A DNA stretch of 63,042 bases, counting the filler, from Neolecta irregularis DAH-3 (lineage: Eukaryota): assembly GCA_001929475.1 (NCBI GenBank). It is 7 parts of 7 records of this genome, joined end to end, with 100 filler letters (N's around TTAATTAATTAA, not from the genome) between each part and the next. Parts side by side here need not be neighbours in the genome. Positions count along the whole stretch, not along the records: positions 33,734 to 56,782 come from LXFE01000418.1; positions 56,883 to 58,351 come from LXFE01003623.1; positions 58,452 to 63,042 come from LXFE01003628.1; 4 more parts are not named here. One strand, written 5' to 3'. The stretch's first letter is position 1; each line of letters starts with the position of its first letter. The position numbers and the translations under genes are program-made. A model generated the notes under the pieces. It did no database searches. It was not told the origin of the DNA and saw nothing but the letters and a program-made list of their open reading frames with translations. This document shows positions 49,912 through 62,458 of this stretch, piece by piece.

Positions 49912-51114
49912 ATGCGCCAGAACCAGAACCGGCGCGGGCGCGTTGTGTGTCCGGGCGATGCTGGGCCGCTACAACTGCACCAGCACCAGCAGCAGCAGTT
50001 GAAACAGCAACAGCAGTTGAAGCAACAGCAGCAATACCAACAGCAGCTCAAGCAGCAGCAGCAATATCAACAACAATATCAGCAGCAACCACAGCAGCAA
50101 CACCAGCACCAACACCAGCAATCACCGCACCAACAATCACAGCACTCGTCTCAAGACCTTACTGCGAGTATGCTTGGATTTTCGATGCTTGGCGCTTTGG
50201 AGCAGCCCAAACACGGCAGCGCCTGTTTTGCTGCTCTCAACCGCCCTGTCGCCTTTGCCGCTCCACATATGCTGCAAACACCAGCAGCTTCTCCGCAGCC
50301 TGCCCCTGCACTCGCACCGAAGCGCAAGAAGAAGCCGGGCTTTTCACAGAGACCGTCGCTGTCGCCTCCCCCATCCGTCTCCTCGGCCAATCCCATGTTC
50401 CTGTGCACCCACCCCGGCTGCGATGTCGCTACTTCGCGCAGACACAATCTCAAAGTGCACATGGACACCCACAACCCGTCGCGCGAGAAAAGATGGGTGT
50501 GCGACCAGTGCCCGCCTGCGCTCCCGAAAGCATTCTACCGCAACCACGATCTCAAGCGCCATCTCAACTCGGTCCACAAAGGCGAGAAGCGCTACGGCTG
50601 CAGCACCTGCAGAAAGACCTTTTCCAGGCGCGATGCCGCCAAAAGGTATTTTCTGGCTTCCAGCGTCCTCTCAGCTGAAAGATGCAGACACGAGATTGAC
50701 TGCACCTGCGCCGCAGCTCCGTCCTCGTCGCAGCCGCAGGAACCCCTCTCCTCCAGCGCCCAGCACTTTCTCAACCACCCGCTCGCCTTTGACGGCCCGC
50801 GAACGGCGCCGTCCTCCGTCGCGCCCTCCCGCGGCTCCAGCCCCCGCCGCAGACACTCGTTCGCCTCCCCGGCCCGCGCCGCCGTCGCAAACATCCTCCT
50901 GAGCAGACCCGTCAGCCCGCTGCTCTCCTCCGACCTCGCCCACTATTCGACCTCAAACTCGCCCCTGATGCCCGCGCCCCCCGCTATCGGCTACGGCCAC
51001 CTGCACCACCCCTTCCAGGCCCACTCCCACCAACAAATCCCTCTCGGCATGGACTTCTTCGTCCCCCCCGAGCCCGACAGCTTCGCCTGGCAGCCAGTCG
51101 GCGACATCATTTAG
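49912..51114 (+). CDS. Poly-Q C2H2 zinc-finger transcription factor (three fingers; start uncertain; probable in-frame intron 50646-50687)
   Basis: CTHPGC..HNLKVHMDTH, CDQC..HDLKRHLNSVH and CSTCRKTFSRRDAAKRH. Confidence 0.85.
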   Translation: MRQNQNRRGRVVCPGDAGPLQLHQHQQQQLKQQQQLKQQQQYQQQLKQQQQYQQQYQQQPQQQHQHQHQQSPHQQSQHSSQDLTASMLGFSMLGALEQPKHGSACFAALNRPVAFAAPHMLQTPAASPQPAPALAPKRKKKPGFSQRPSLSPPPSVSSANPMFLCTHPGCDVATSRRHNLKVHMDTHNPSREKRWVCDQCPPALPKAFYRNHDLKRHLNSVHKGEKRYGCSTCRKTFSRRDAAKRYFLASSVLSAERCRHEIDCTCAAAPSSSQPQEPLSSSAQHFLNHPLAFDGPRTAPSSVAPSRGSSPRRRHSFASPARAAVANILLSRPVSPLLSSDLAHYSTSNSPLMPAPPAIGYGHLHHPFQAHSHQQIPLGMDFFVPPEPDSFAWQPVGDII

Positions 51115-51586
51115 CCTCCCTTCGCACGTGTCTTTCCGAGCTGGTCTCAATCGGGTTCCCTTCTATTCTGTGTAGATTTCGGCGTTCTTCTTGGGTCGTC
51201 ATTCGGTGGCAAAGCGAGTTTGGGTTATTTGCATTGGGCTATATAGATTCTTGTTCCTATCTGATATTTTGGTGTTTCCCTATATAGACGCTATCAGCCA
51301 TAATCCAAGTGTCGTATCGGCATCGACAGTTTCTACAAGGAACAACAGTATCCGGTGGGCAGTTATACTCTCGAGGTTATTCATATCATTGATTACAGGA
51401 TGTAAAGATGCAGACTATCCTCGTTCACATAATATTATCAGTCGTTTCCAATGAAATAATCTGTTGGACCTTGTGTCTGGCGAATTCGTAATTTCATAGC
51501 TATTCCCGTTCCACCACACCTGTGTTATCAAAGAATCAGAGGGAGAAGATTGAAAGAAGATCGGGGCACAGTCGGTGTCATTGCAG

Positions 51587-52719
51587 TTACATAAACATGT
51601 CTCTGTATCCCGGTGGGGAAGGTCCATCTGGAAAAGCGTTTCCCATAGTCCCTTGACCTGGTTGTCTTAATCCTCCACGTTGGTCTCCTGGCCCAACAGG
51701 ATCGTATCTCGCACCAGCAGGCACATCGGGCGTCGGGGGGAAACGTTGACCGCTTCGAGCTCCAAATAGCGGCGAATCAATAGTCGGATGCATTCCATTA
51801 AACCGTTCTCCCTCGCCTCCAACCGGCCTTTCACCATAGACCCCAAACCGGCCACCCCCGAATCGAGGACCAGCAAGGTTTGGTCCAGCATCATCATGTC
51901 CTATCGAAAGTGGATCGCGAAACATCCCGGCCATCCGGTGTTCATCTTCAAATCCAGGCGGTGCAAAATCAGGATAGGGATATGCTGGCCCTCTCCCCGC
52001 AAAGTGTGCTTGGCCAACCCTTGATTGATCTCCATCTAAATCCCTCTCCGGCGCTCGCCGCATACCTCTATTCAAAGTCCCCGCATTTCCACCTGAGCTA
52101 AAACCAGTCAAAATGATCGATAACCCCAAATATACCTCTCTTCATCCTCATCCAAAAGCAACGGGTGAATTACCCCATCCTTGAACATCCCCACAAATTC
52201 CCTAATCCGCGACTCTGAAATGAACACATCCTCCAGTTTGCCACCGCCCCTACTCCACGGGAAAAGACTCTCACAAGTGAAATCCCGCGTAACAATATCA
52301 AGTTGTCTACTCTTCTCATCGCCAAGCGAAAGGGCATAAATAAACGTTTTAGTACCTAACCGGGAGATCTTGGTCAGATATTCTAGCGAGGAAGGTGAAT
52401 GGGCGTAACGGAAAGCGAAATTATGTGATGTTGACGTATCTCGCCATTTCGTGGCTAGACGACGCGACGTTTCGTCTGATACAGTTTCTGTTTATTAGTA
52501 TTTTGAGTCGAATGCGGAAATGCCAAGGTTATCATCTTCGCTAAATCCGAGGAGATGAAACCCGTAGGCGACCATAGATGCATGACAAAGAAGGGCGATT
52601 GCCTCGTACGGTGTTTTTAGCAGTTCGTGAGAGGAAGAAGGCGAGTCTTCTTCAGCAGACACAGCCGCTTTGATGATGTTTATGAGATTTGAAGGGAGTA
52701 AAGCATCGTTGGTGGACAT
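51587..52719 (-). CDS. Proteasome regulator PI31/Fub1-like
   Basis: AIALLCHASMVAYGF FP domain, GMHPT..PLF, GARYDPVGP, and the C-terminal PPGYRDMFM (HbYX-like). Confidence 0.88.
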
Positions 52720-52935
52720 GATCGCAATGACGTACAGCCCCCAAAACACCACGCAAATGTTAGATAGCAACGTCAGATTCTTCAAATGCTCTACATACAT
52801 AACCAAAGAGAGAAATAGTAAAGACCATCCTACTCCAGACAAAACAAACCCGCCAAGACAAATGCATCCTCCTACATGTAAAGAAATCTTGCAACACCGA
52901 AAATCAGACTTGTCCGTCGCGAAATAAAAGCTTGC

Positions 52936-54244
52936 TCATTCAACAAGGATTCGCTTGCCAGGTGTATTTGTGACCATAGTCACAATATGGCTTTGAGGGA
53001 GTTCCTTTGGTCTATTTTCAGATATTCTTGCTTGCCGAACAGCATCGTCGATGTCAGACATTGCCTTTAGACAAGCTGAGCGATCCAATGGACAGACTGT
53101 AATAGCCTGTGTAACTGAAATATCCTTGGCGCGAAGGAGAATGGCTTTCACAGTAATTGTGTATTCAACACTGAAAAGAGCAGCTTGTGTGGTGATACCA
53201 ACAAGAGACGGCGTCGCTGAACAGTCTGTCAGATTCATTTTGAGACCAGATGGAGAACGTTTTAGTCGAAGCTGGGAAGGAAATACACATGATATGTCGC
53301 GAATGAACCCTGCCGCCTAGAATGTTAATGCGACAACGGAGGGAACCTGTACAGGCAACTTGAGGTCATATAAGTCAAACTCATCCTTGAGGATTTTTCG
53401 CCTACGTGTGATTTCCTCGCCTTTTTCAAGTTTGAAGGTAATTATTTCCTCTAAAATTGACTTTTGGTAAGCATACATTCCACAGATTAGAGTGTACTTG
53501 TAACTTCGATATCCTAATTTTCCGGCTTTTGCTCCAGTCTGGATTTGGACAGAGTTTGATATATGCGATCAACGGATCCCCCGGACCAATGCATGTTTTG
53601 GGAAGGGCAACTTCCATTGTAATTAAATGGTCAGAGCCGTCAACTGCTTTTGTCTGAGGTTGATTGTACATTCCCCATGTAGACAAAAGGTCAAATCTTT
53701 CAATTTTGACAGGCATTCCAAATTTAATGATACTTCCTTTGGAAGGATAAAGGACTGCGACTAGTTGATACGAGGTTTCACACATACCGTTTGCCAGCGA
53801 TACAGAAGGCGGCGGATTGTCAAGATGAGAAGTGGAAAATGGCAATTCAAAAGGCAGGTCCATTGCCACGACGTCGGCATGCCCGCCAGGAGCCTGAAAG
53901 ACCAGCACCTCCTGACCGACAATTATCGAATATTCACGCTTCAATGAACTTAGGGAGGCAGCGGATGGCGGATGTATGCTTTCGTACCGATGGAGTGCGA
54001 TGGTTACGTGAGATATTGATAAGATCTTTCCCGGAGAACGAATCTCTACTGTTCCTACCAAACGAGGCCTTTGCCGTCAATCCACCAGTGGAAAAAGAAA
54101 GAAAAATTCTACCGAGATGCAGGGACACCGGGATGGCCCACACAAAAGTCGAGATGAGGCGGAGGTCTTATGGCAATCTGACAAAAATCAGTCTAATCCT
54201 CCCACACTTGATACAGGAGGAACATGTTGTTTCGAGCTGTGCAT
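52936..54244 (-). CDS. Alpha-arrestin-like domain protein
   Basis: RPPPHLDFCVGHPGV, GTVEIR, MDLPFELP, PPSVSLA..ETSYQLVA and LPKTCIGPGD. Confidence 0.7.
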
Positions 54245-54591
54245 AAACGGGGGCATTTATGCAAAAGTGCTCTGTAAGAACAAGGACGAGACAAGTCTGA
54301 TGAAGGCCACAAAGGAACTCGGCGTGGAGGTCGGGCGGCAAAAGGAGAAATATGGTGTTTGCGAATTTCCCCTTTGGGCGATTCTAACACGGGATTCCAG
54401 GAAAGTCTGGAAAGCAGAATAGCATTTGAATTTGCATACACTAAAACTACCATAATTGCATTGAGATAGACATCTGAGTAGAGTAAAGAAATAATAATGT
54501 AGATCGAAGAGTTGGTGTTTCAGTGGTTATTTAGCCGCCCTGGGTTGTCCCGTGTTCCTAACACTAGACCATTCTGTACCGGCCCTTTAAA

Positions 54592-56563
54592 ATGGGTTCG
54601 CCAACAGAAACTATCATGAAATCTGCTAGATTTCTTTCGCGCAAAAGAGCGCATCGTGATGTCTTTAGATCTGGAGACTTGGCCGTGCACAGCTGTGCGA
54701 TGGCTCAAGGGCGGCTGATGGAGGCCGGCAGCCAGCAGCTGTCTTGGTACTCAAGATTGCATCTCTGGCATATCTATCGGGCTGCCCGAGGCTTTACTGC
54801 TGGCCTTTTCGGCAAATGTAAACCGCAAGCTGTGAGAGACTGACGGCTGACAAGTGACTAGTCGAAAACTGGTACCGCTTCTTCGTCGCTCAGATTCGGG
54901 AACAGAACCCGCCTCCAAGCAAACGAAGAAGAACTTCTACATCAAACCACGATCAGATTCTTCGAGGTGCCATCCATCGCCCGGAGGAACAGAAGAACAA
55001 CGAGCCTCTGGAAAGAGGTACGTACTCAACGAGGCGAACATTCCTAACGCTCCAGCATCTAAACAAGGACTCAGTTCCGTTGACATCCAACACGTTGCAG
55101 TGCCTGCTGCGAATCATGTTATCACTCCCACAACAACAATTGATACAAAATGTTATCTTCCAAAACCTAAACCTCGACCAAAGAAAAGTCTTTCGCAGAT
55201 ACTTCTAGAAAGACGCCAAAGTCAACATCGCATCTTTAGCACACCACCTCCTAGAGACCCCACTCGTGAGCGAAATGACTCACACCACCCATCATCTACC
55301 TCCAAGAACTCTTCCCATGAAGAGTCACTAAATGCTAATGGCTTCGCATATATCAACAATCGACCAAGTATATTGATCGATAACAGCAAAATACCGCGAC
55401 ACCTTGAGACTAATGGCGACGGAGATCTTACTGCGCCTTCTCAACCAAGTGTCTCAGTACCAAATGCAGCCACCCAATCGAACCCTGAAAAAGTGGTTTC
55501 TACGCATACAAGCAGCTCTAATCTTGGATTGGAAAGTCCAAGAAAGTCGAAAGCGCAAGTTGGGGCAAACAACAGCAAGACTTTTGAAGAGCTCCAGGAA
55601 TACATCGAATTTCTTCATAGTATTCGTTCTAAAGATGGCATTCCACAAACTCTTGATTATGCCAAAGAAGAGAGAGACAAGATAATCGTCGAAATGAGGA
55701 AACTCAAGGCATATATCTCATCAATTACTACTAGACTAACCGCTTTAGATTAGGAAGAGTAGTAAAATACCCACACTGCCGTCTAGTGATCTTGAAATTG
55801 TAATTGACCCTCAAAAAGTCAAGTGTCTGATATCATCAAGGTCAAGAAAGCTCTTGTACAAACATCATCAAAAACACCTCTCGTCTCAAAGTTCTCCATC
55901 GATATCCACTCGCGGGATATTATCACACTTGCGTCGCCTAATTGGCTGAATGACGAAGTCGTCAATTTTTATGCCAGCCTAATTACCGACCGCTCAAAAT
56001 CATCATCCGATATGCCCAAAGTGCACATGTTTAACACCTTTTTCTATCCCACTCTACGTAGAAGTGGGTATAAGGGAATTAAAAAATGGACCAAGCGAGC
56101 AAAGGTTGATTTCATGGATATGGATTTTATTATTGTGCCAGTTCATCTGTCAGTGCATTGGTGTTTATCGGTTATAAATTTTCGGGACAAGAGGTTTGAA
56201 TATTGGGACTCGTTGGGTGGCGGTGGTAATGAAGTTTTTGAGGTAGATATTCCTTTCTGAAGAGTAACCTGACCTGTAGTCATTGCGAGACTACGTTAAA
56301 GAAGAGTCTGCTGGCGAGATTGATCTTTCACAATGGACAGATTATTATCCGAAGGTATCCTACCCATTTGTTCCAATGACTCATTCTTTTAGAATAACCC
56401 CAAACAAAATAATGGGTATGATTGTGGTGTCTTCACTTGCAAGACCGCAGAATGCATATCTCGAGGTGCCCTGATGAATTTTGATCAGAGCGATATGATG
56501 AATATTCGAAATTGGATGGTTAAGGAAATTCTAGATGGGAGATTACAGCAAGCCAGTGCATAG
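54592..56563 (+). CDS. ULP1: Ulp1-family SUMO protease (peptidase C48); start uncertain
   Basis: WLNDEVVNFY, FNTFFY, PVHLSVHWCL, YWDSL and QNNGYDCGVF, giving the His-Asp-Cys triad. Confidence 0.92.
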
Positions 56564-56882
56564 AGGCGTTTTGGTTTTTATTGATTAGCCTAATATTGTA
56601 TAAATCCGGAATATGAGATTACAGGCCGTTTAGGAATGATTTTTATTTTGAGTCAAATCTAGCTGGTCTAGAAGATACAGGCGAATTTCCTTCCTTTCCC
56701 GGTTTTCGTCTGGACCAGCCTGTGGCACCGCTGACGGGATATTGACTGCCACATCAAAATTCAACTCAAAGTCGTCAACCCANNNNNNNNNNNNNNNNNN
56801 NNNNNNNNNNNNNNNNNNNNNNNNNNTTAATTAATTAANNNNNNNNNNNNNNNNNNNNNNNNNNNNNNNNNNNNNNNNNNNN

Positions 56883-57046
56883 TATGACTTCGAGGTTTGG
56901 GACTTCGATATCCATGTGTTTGGGAGCATAAAAGTCTTTCTTTGCAACAAGGACGCCCTCTGATTGGTTAGAGGGACTGATAGAGGGGACATACCCTTGA
57001 ACAGAGACTCGTAGATTTTACGACGATTTTCCTTGGAAATGAGCAT
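56883..57046 (-). CDS. RPS10: 40S ribosomal protein S10/eS10 (5' part, cut by a gap)
   Basis: [43 protein letters not shown]. Confidence 0.95.
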
Positions 57047-57189
57047 GTTGGGTGGCGTCGGGTAGAGTTGGTGTTAAAAGGCAGTCTCCGGAGGGTAATT
57101 GTGACGAGGGCACGATATAGAGCTAATTTGTAACCTTTAGGAAAGGCACCTGACTGGAAAATGCAACAACTTGTTATTAATCCCGCGAT

Positions 57190-57855
57190 ATGATCAACAC
57201 GTTTGTTTCCGCGTTTGAGCCGTTCAAGTCCTTTTCTCTTGTATTTCCCGACTGGAGCACGGTTGAAGACCTGGAGCGGGAATGTGGCGAGCGCCTGCCA
57301 CAGGGGAGCGGGGGGGTGTACCTCACGTTTGCGTGTGGACGCCGGCTTCCGGGCGGGAGTACGGGGCTGCAGAGTCTTGGGGGGGACGTTTCTGTGCGGT
57401 GCAATGTACGGATGAGTGGGGGCAAAGGGGGGTTTGGGTCACAGCTGCGGGCGGCGGGAGGCCGGATGGCGCGGCGGCGGCGGGACGACGAGAACCGGGA
57501 GAGCTGCCGGGACCTGAGCGGGCGGCGGCTGCGGACGATACGGCAGGCCAAACAGTATGCAGGGCCGGGATATGGGAAGCTAAGGCCTAGGCTAGCGGAG
57601 TACCTTGAGACGCAGCCGCGGCGGGAGCGGGAGGGGGCGCAGGAGCGGCGGGCGAAGCTGCAGGCGGTGGTGGACGCGGAGCCGGCGCGCAAGAAGATCA
57701 AGTTTGAGGACCACGGGTATCTGGAGCAGAGCGAGGCGATTGTGGAGGAGATGAAGAGCGCGGTGGCCGAGGCGCTGCGGGGGGAGGCGCTGCGGCGGGA
57801 GACGCGGGCTGAGGGGGAGGGCTGTGCGCGGGTGCTGTGTGGCTGGGACGAGTGA
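57190..57855 (+). CDS. SDE2: Sde2 ubiquitin-fold-activated splicing factor
   Basis: UBL domain ending in GG followed by [15 protein letters not shown], and [12 protein letters not shown]; 36-nt in-frame intron at about 57555-57590. Confidence 0.93.
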   Translation: MINTFVSAFEPFKSFSLVFPDWSTVEDLERECGERLPQGSGGVYLTFACGRRLPGGSTGLQSLGGDVSVRCNVRMSGGKGGFGSQLRAAGGRMARRRRDDENRESCRDLSGRRLRTIRQAKQYAGPGYGKLRPRLAEYLETQPRREREGAQERRAKLQAVVDAEPARKKIKFEDHGYLEQSEAIVEEMKSAVAEALRGEALRRETRAEGEGCARVLCGWDE

Positions 57856-58091
57856 AATAGAAGACATAGCAGCTGGCATAGAAGAAAGGCCATCAACATA
57901 CAACAAGACGGTATATTGTTTGGGTGGCGGCAGCGGGGCTGGCCCAAGCGGGGAGGCGCCCCGGATTGCGGGGGGAGGGGATTGGGCGGGACGCAGCCGC
58001 CCGCGGCCTCTGGCGATCGCCTGCTGCTACTGGCGTGCTACCTCTACATCTGCCGCCTGCTGCTGGCTGCTGCCCGTGTCTGAGCTCCACC

Positions 58092-58351
58092 ATGCCGCCG
58101 GCCCTGCGCAGTCCCCGAGAAGGCAGCGACGCGGGGATGCCCGCCGCCTGCAACGCCAGCGCCGAGAGCACGCTGGGCTCGCTGCGCCAGCTGCTTGCCG
58201 GCTGCTCCCCGGACAGCGCCCGCGCCGCGACCCGCGACTCTGCCCGGCCCTCGCGCCGCCCGAGCATCACCGCCGAGCTGACCCACCGCCTGCTGCGCCC
58301 AGACCGCGCCTCGCCCAGTGTTGGTGATGCTGCTGCTGCTGCTGCTGCTGC
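58092..58351 (+). CDS. Possible N-terminal fragment of an unidentified gene cut by a gap
   Basis: CCACCATG start context and an open GC-rich frame MPPALRSPREGS...RRPSITAELT up to the gap. Confidence 0.3.
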
Positions 58352-58451
58352 NNNNNNNNNNNNNNNNNNNNNNNNNNNNNNNNNNNNNNNNNNNNTTAAT
58401 TAATTAANNNNNNNNNNNNNNNNNNNNNNNNNNNNNNNNNNNNNNNNNNNN

Positions 58452-58844
58452 GCCACCTCGCCGCGCTCGGGCGCCACCGCCACCGCCCACCCGCCCGCCT
58501 GCACCCGCCACTCCTCGCGCTGCGTCGCCAGGTCCCACACGGCCACCTCGCCGCCAAACCCCGCGCTGACCGCCTTGCCCCGCGCCGCCGCGACGTGGTG
58601 GCACCCCAGCCGGTGCGCCCCCGCGAACCGGTGCACCAGCGCGTGCTCCCCCGCCGCCGCGCTCCACACCTTGACGTCCCCGTCCCCAGACCCCGTGATC
58701 GCCACGGCCCCGCTCACGGCCACTGCATATATCTCAGACTCGTGTGCGTCCGTGTTCTCGTGTGTCGTGTAGTACTGCGTGGTGTCCCTGTCGCGTCGAA
58801 CCATGTTGGTGACGTCTCACCTGACTGAATATATCCACTCCCAT
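58452..58844 (-). CDS. SKI8: Ski8/Rec14/WDR61 WD40 protein (5' part)
   Basis: QYYTTHENTDAHESEIYAVA, GSGDGDVKVW, AHRLGCHHV and SAGFGGEVAVWDL. Confidence 0.88.
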
Positions 58845-58846
58845 CT

Positions 58847-58920
58847 CCATCCCTCTTCCTCCCATCCCTCTTCCTCCCATCCCTCTTCCTCCCATCCCTC
58901 TTCCTCCCATCCCTCTTCCC
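58847..58920. repeat. 15-bp tandem repeat CCATCCCTCTTCCTC (about 5 copies) between divergent SKI8 and the septin gene
   Basis: Directly visible in the sequence. Confidence 0.95.
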
Positions 58921-58955
58921 TCCAGTCCATCCCCCTTCCCTTCCCTCCCGCCATC

Positions 58956-60211
58956 ATGAATCCAGTCGTCAGAGTCCAGCCCCCAAAGGTCCCGAAATCC
59001 CCTAAATCCCCCTAACCCCCAGACCGTAACCCCCCTCAACGGCTACGTCGGCTTCGAAACTATCCCTCACCAAATCGAAAAGAAGCTCCTCAAACGCGGC
59101 TTCCAGTTCAACATCATCTGCGTCGGTACGTCCCCCCCAGGCTCTCGCTCACCAAAGGCCAAACCGGCCTCGGGAAAACTACCCTCATAAACACAATCTT
59201 TGCTGCCCACCTCATAGAGTCCAAAGGCCGTCTCTCCCCGCAGGACCCCGTCAGACAGACTACAGAGATAAACGTCGTCTCCCACAGTACCCCCCCCTCC
59301 TTCCCTCCTCACAGTCAGTCGTCGAGGAAAACAACGTTCGCCTCCGCTTGAATATCGTAGACACCCCTGGCTACGGCGACAAAGTCAACAACGACAGATG
59401 GTTTGCTTCCGCCTTCATCGCTGACCTGCAGCTGGGACCCTATCATAAAGTACATCAAGGACCAGCACTCTGGCTACCTCCGCAAAGAACTCACTGCCCA
59501 ACGAGAACGCTATATCCAAGACACCCGCATCCACTGCTGCCTCTTCTTCGTCCAACCCTCAGGACATGGGTATTTCCTCCCATAACCCTTCTCATCCCAG
59601 CCTAAAACAAATGGACATCGTCGTCCTGAAAAGACTCTCAGAGGTCGTCAACGTCGTCCCTGTCATTGCAAAATCAGACTGCTTGACCCTAGAGGAACGC
59701 GCCGCCTTCAAACAACGAGTACTCCCCCCTTTCACCCCTCACCTCACCCCTAGATCAAAGACGAGTTTGCCTTTCACAACATCAAAATGTTTCCCTTTGA
59801 CAACGACGAACACGACGAAGAAGAGCGCGCCCTCAACACCCAAATAAAGAATATCATTCCCTTCGCAGTAGTAGGCTCGGAAAAGTCAATGCTCGTCGAC
59901 GGGAAACCCGTTCGCTCTAGACTCAACAAATGGGGCGTCATAAACGGTATGCCTTTGAACAAATACCCCTAACCTCAGTCGAAAACGAAAATCACTGCGA
60001 ATTCGTCTACTTGAGAAACTTTCTCACCCAAACTCACCTTCAGGATCTTATCGAGAGTACCTCCCAAATCCATTACGAGGCATTCCGTGCAAAACAACTC
60101 TTGGCCCTCAAGGAAAACAGCACTGCTGCAAGCAATCGAACCATGAATTCTCCGCCCATGGACCAGTACCGACCAAACAGCAGACAAGCCCTCCAAAACG
60201 GCTATGCTTAG
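58956..60211 (+). CDS. CDC10: Septin, Cdc10/Spn2 class
   Basis: YVGFETIPHQIEKKLLKRGFQFN, GQTGLGKTTLINTIF, DTPGYGD, YLRKELTAQRERYIQDTRIHCCL and AKSD; no C-terminal coiled coil. Confidence 0.96.
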
Positions 60212-60221
60212 ATCAATAGCA

Positions 60222-60907
60222 TCAATTATTAGATTTCATTTCTCCCAAACAATACTTTTCCAGCTCTTGATATGCCAATTCTAGATCATGGTTGACTATA
60301 ATCTTGTCGTGCCCGCCTTGCCGAGCATAATCCATCTCTTTTCTTGCCTGATCAAGTCGGCTCCTAATACTTTCCTGTGTCTCTGTTCCTCGCTGCCGCA
60401 ATCGCCTTTCCAGCTCTTGTATGCTCGGAGGTGCGATAAATAAAAATGGTGCATTCAACTCGGTCTTTTTGACAGACTCGACTCCCTATCATCAGCCTTG
60501 CAACCTGATCGTATACCTGCATATCAATGTCCAAAATACATATCTTTCCATCCTTGGCAACTGCTTGCACGGCTGCTATAGTCGTGCCATAGAGGTTTCC
60601 AGAAAACTCGGCATGCTCAATGAAGGCATTTTGCGTAACGAGCTGTGCGAATTCCTCACGAGTAACAAAATGGTAGGCCTTGCCATTCTCTTCACCTTGC
60701 CTGGGCAGTCTTGTCGTGTCTACCCGATCAGATTATCACACTGCAATTAATACGAGACACAGAAAACCCAAATCTATGCGGGTGCCGATCAAACAACCGG
60801 TTCAATAGAGTCGACTTTCCGGCGCCTGAAAATCAGTACGCGATAATCAAATCACGACCTGAAGGGCCAGAAATAACAATGGGCCGCAGGCATGCGAGTC
60901 CTGGCAT
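60222..60907 (-). CDS. GUK1: Guanylate kinase
   Basis: [37 protein letters not shown] and [12 protein letters not shown]. Confidence 0.96.
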
Positions 60908-61233
60908 AATGAGGTGTTGTCTGACTACACTTTCAAAATAACGTTGCAAATATTATCTCGTATCGAAACGAACATATAGCCCGTGCATAAAGTACAAATA
61001 AAAAGATCACGCGATTGTCAAGATTTAGACAGGTTGAGCAGCGGTGCGTCTCAGGAACATCTGTACTGTGCGCGCATTTCTCGCGCGATTCGGATCTTTG
61101 GAAAAAGATCTCTTGGGGTCTGTCTCGTACATATGACGCTATCCGAGGCAGGCCTGTGGCGGCAGTTGTGTTGGGCGCCTCCCCTCCGAGCCTGGGGCAT
61201 TATAAAGCAGCTATAGTCGATACCTTTAGCAAA

Positions 61234-62458
61234 ATGTCTCAACTGTCAAACAATGCTGTATTATTCAATAATATCCCCGAATCTATGCCTGTCAAAGGCA
61301 AGGACCTGGTCTTTGTGCAACAGTCTTTCGATCTAAACCAAATCCTACTGAATCCGGGAGACTTTGTTTTGCAAACTCTCTACCTGTCTCTCGATCCATT
61401 CATGGTACACCAGTAACCCGTTTGTCTGTTGAACAAGACAGCGCTTTCGTATGCGGGATCCTAAAGTCAAAAGCTATGTTGACGCATTTGAACTGGGAAA
61501 ACCTGTGATCAATCTAGGCATAGGACGGGTAATAAAATCCGAAAACTCGCAATATCCTATCGGCGTTCTTCTAGAGGGTATTCTGCCTTTTCAAGAATAC
61601 ATAACAGTTGTCTCGAACAATTCGAACTGCATTCGTTCGGTTGTCAAGGAAATTCCCGGTATACCTCTGTCTGCGTACCTTGGTAATCCCTTTATCTTTA
61701 GCAAGCTCATTTATAGGATTACTGGGCGTTTCTTGTTGGACTGCATTCATTGGTCTGTATGATATCGGTCGAATCAAAAGCGGCGAGACAATCTTTGTCA
61801 GTGCTGCAAGTGGAGCAGTAGGCCAGTTGGTCGTTCAATTAGCCAAATTAGAGGGCCTAAGGGTAATTGCTAGTGCTGGTTCAGCGGAAAAAGTCGAATT
61901 CTTGAAAAATGAACTCGGTTGCGATGAAGCTTTTAATTATAAACAAGAACAACCTCGAGTTGCTTTGAAAAAGTATTGTCCAAACGGATTAGGTGCCCAT
62001 TTTCTATATTCTAGTTCTAAGTTTTCAGATGTCTTCTTTGATAATGTTGGTGGAGCTACACTCGAAGCGGCCTTGAGCATGGCAAATGACCACGCTAGGT
62101 TGGTATTTATTTTTAGATTGAGTTTAAGCGTTCTTAGATTCATAGAATGTGGCATGATATCCCAGTACAATAGTTCCGGCTTGCCAGGACCCAGGAATTT
62201 AACTCTTATCGTCACAAAGCGAATTCGAATGGAAGGATTCATCATTTCTGATCACAAACATAAATTCAAAGAGGTAATCTTGCTAGTATCTTTTACCAAC
62301 ATTTCTAGTATACCAATAAAATGATCCAATTAGTTCTTGACAGGCGAATAGTTTTCAAGGAGCATGTTAGTTATGGAATTGAAAATGCAATTGATGGGTT
62401 AATTGGAATGTTGAAAGGAGATAAATTAGGAAAAGCACTTGTAAAACTGGCGGATTAA
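61234..62458 (+). CDS. NADP-dependent MDR oxidoreductase (prostaglandin reductase/alkenal reductase-like)
   Basis: LYLSLDPFM, GETIFVSAASGAVGQ, FNYK, FFDNVGG, CGMISQYN and RMEGFI. Confidence 0.93.

Noticed and set aside
18769-58451. Recurrent TTAATTAATTAA inside N runs
   Set aside because: Artificial scaffolding linker with stops in all six frames; not biological.
24365-58844. Apparent cluster of RNA decay and splicing genes (XRN1, PAT1, SEN54, LEA1, SDE2, SKI8)
   Set aside because: They lie on different contigs, interspersed with unrelated genes, and RNA-processing genes are common in compact genomes.
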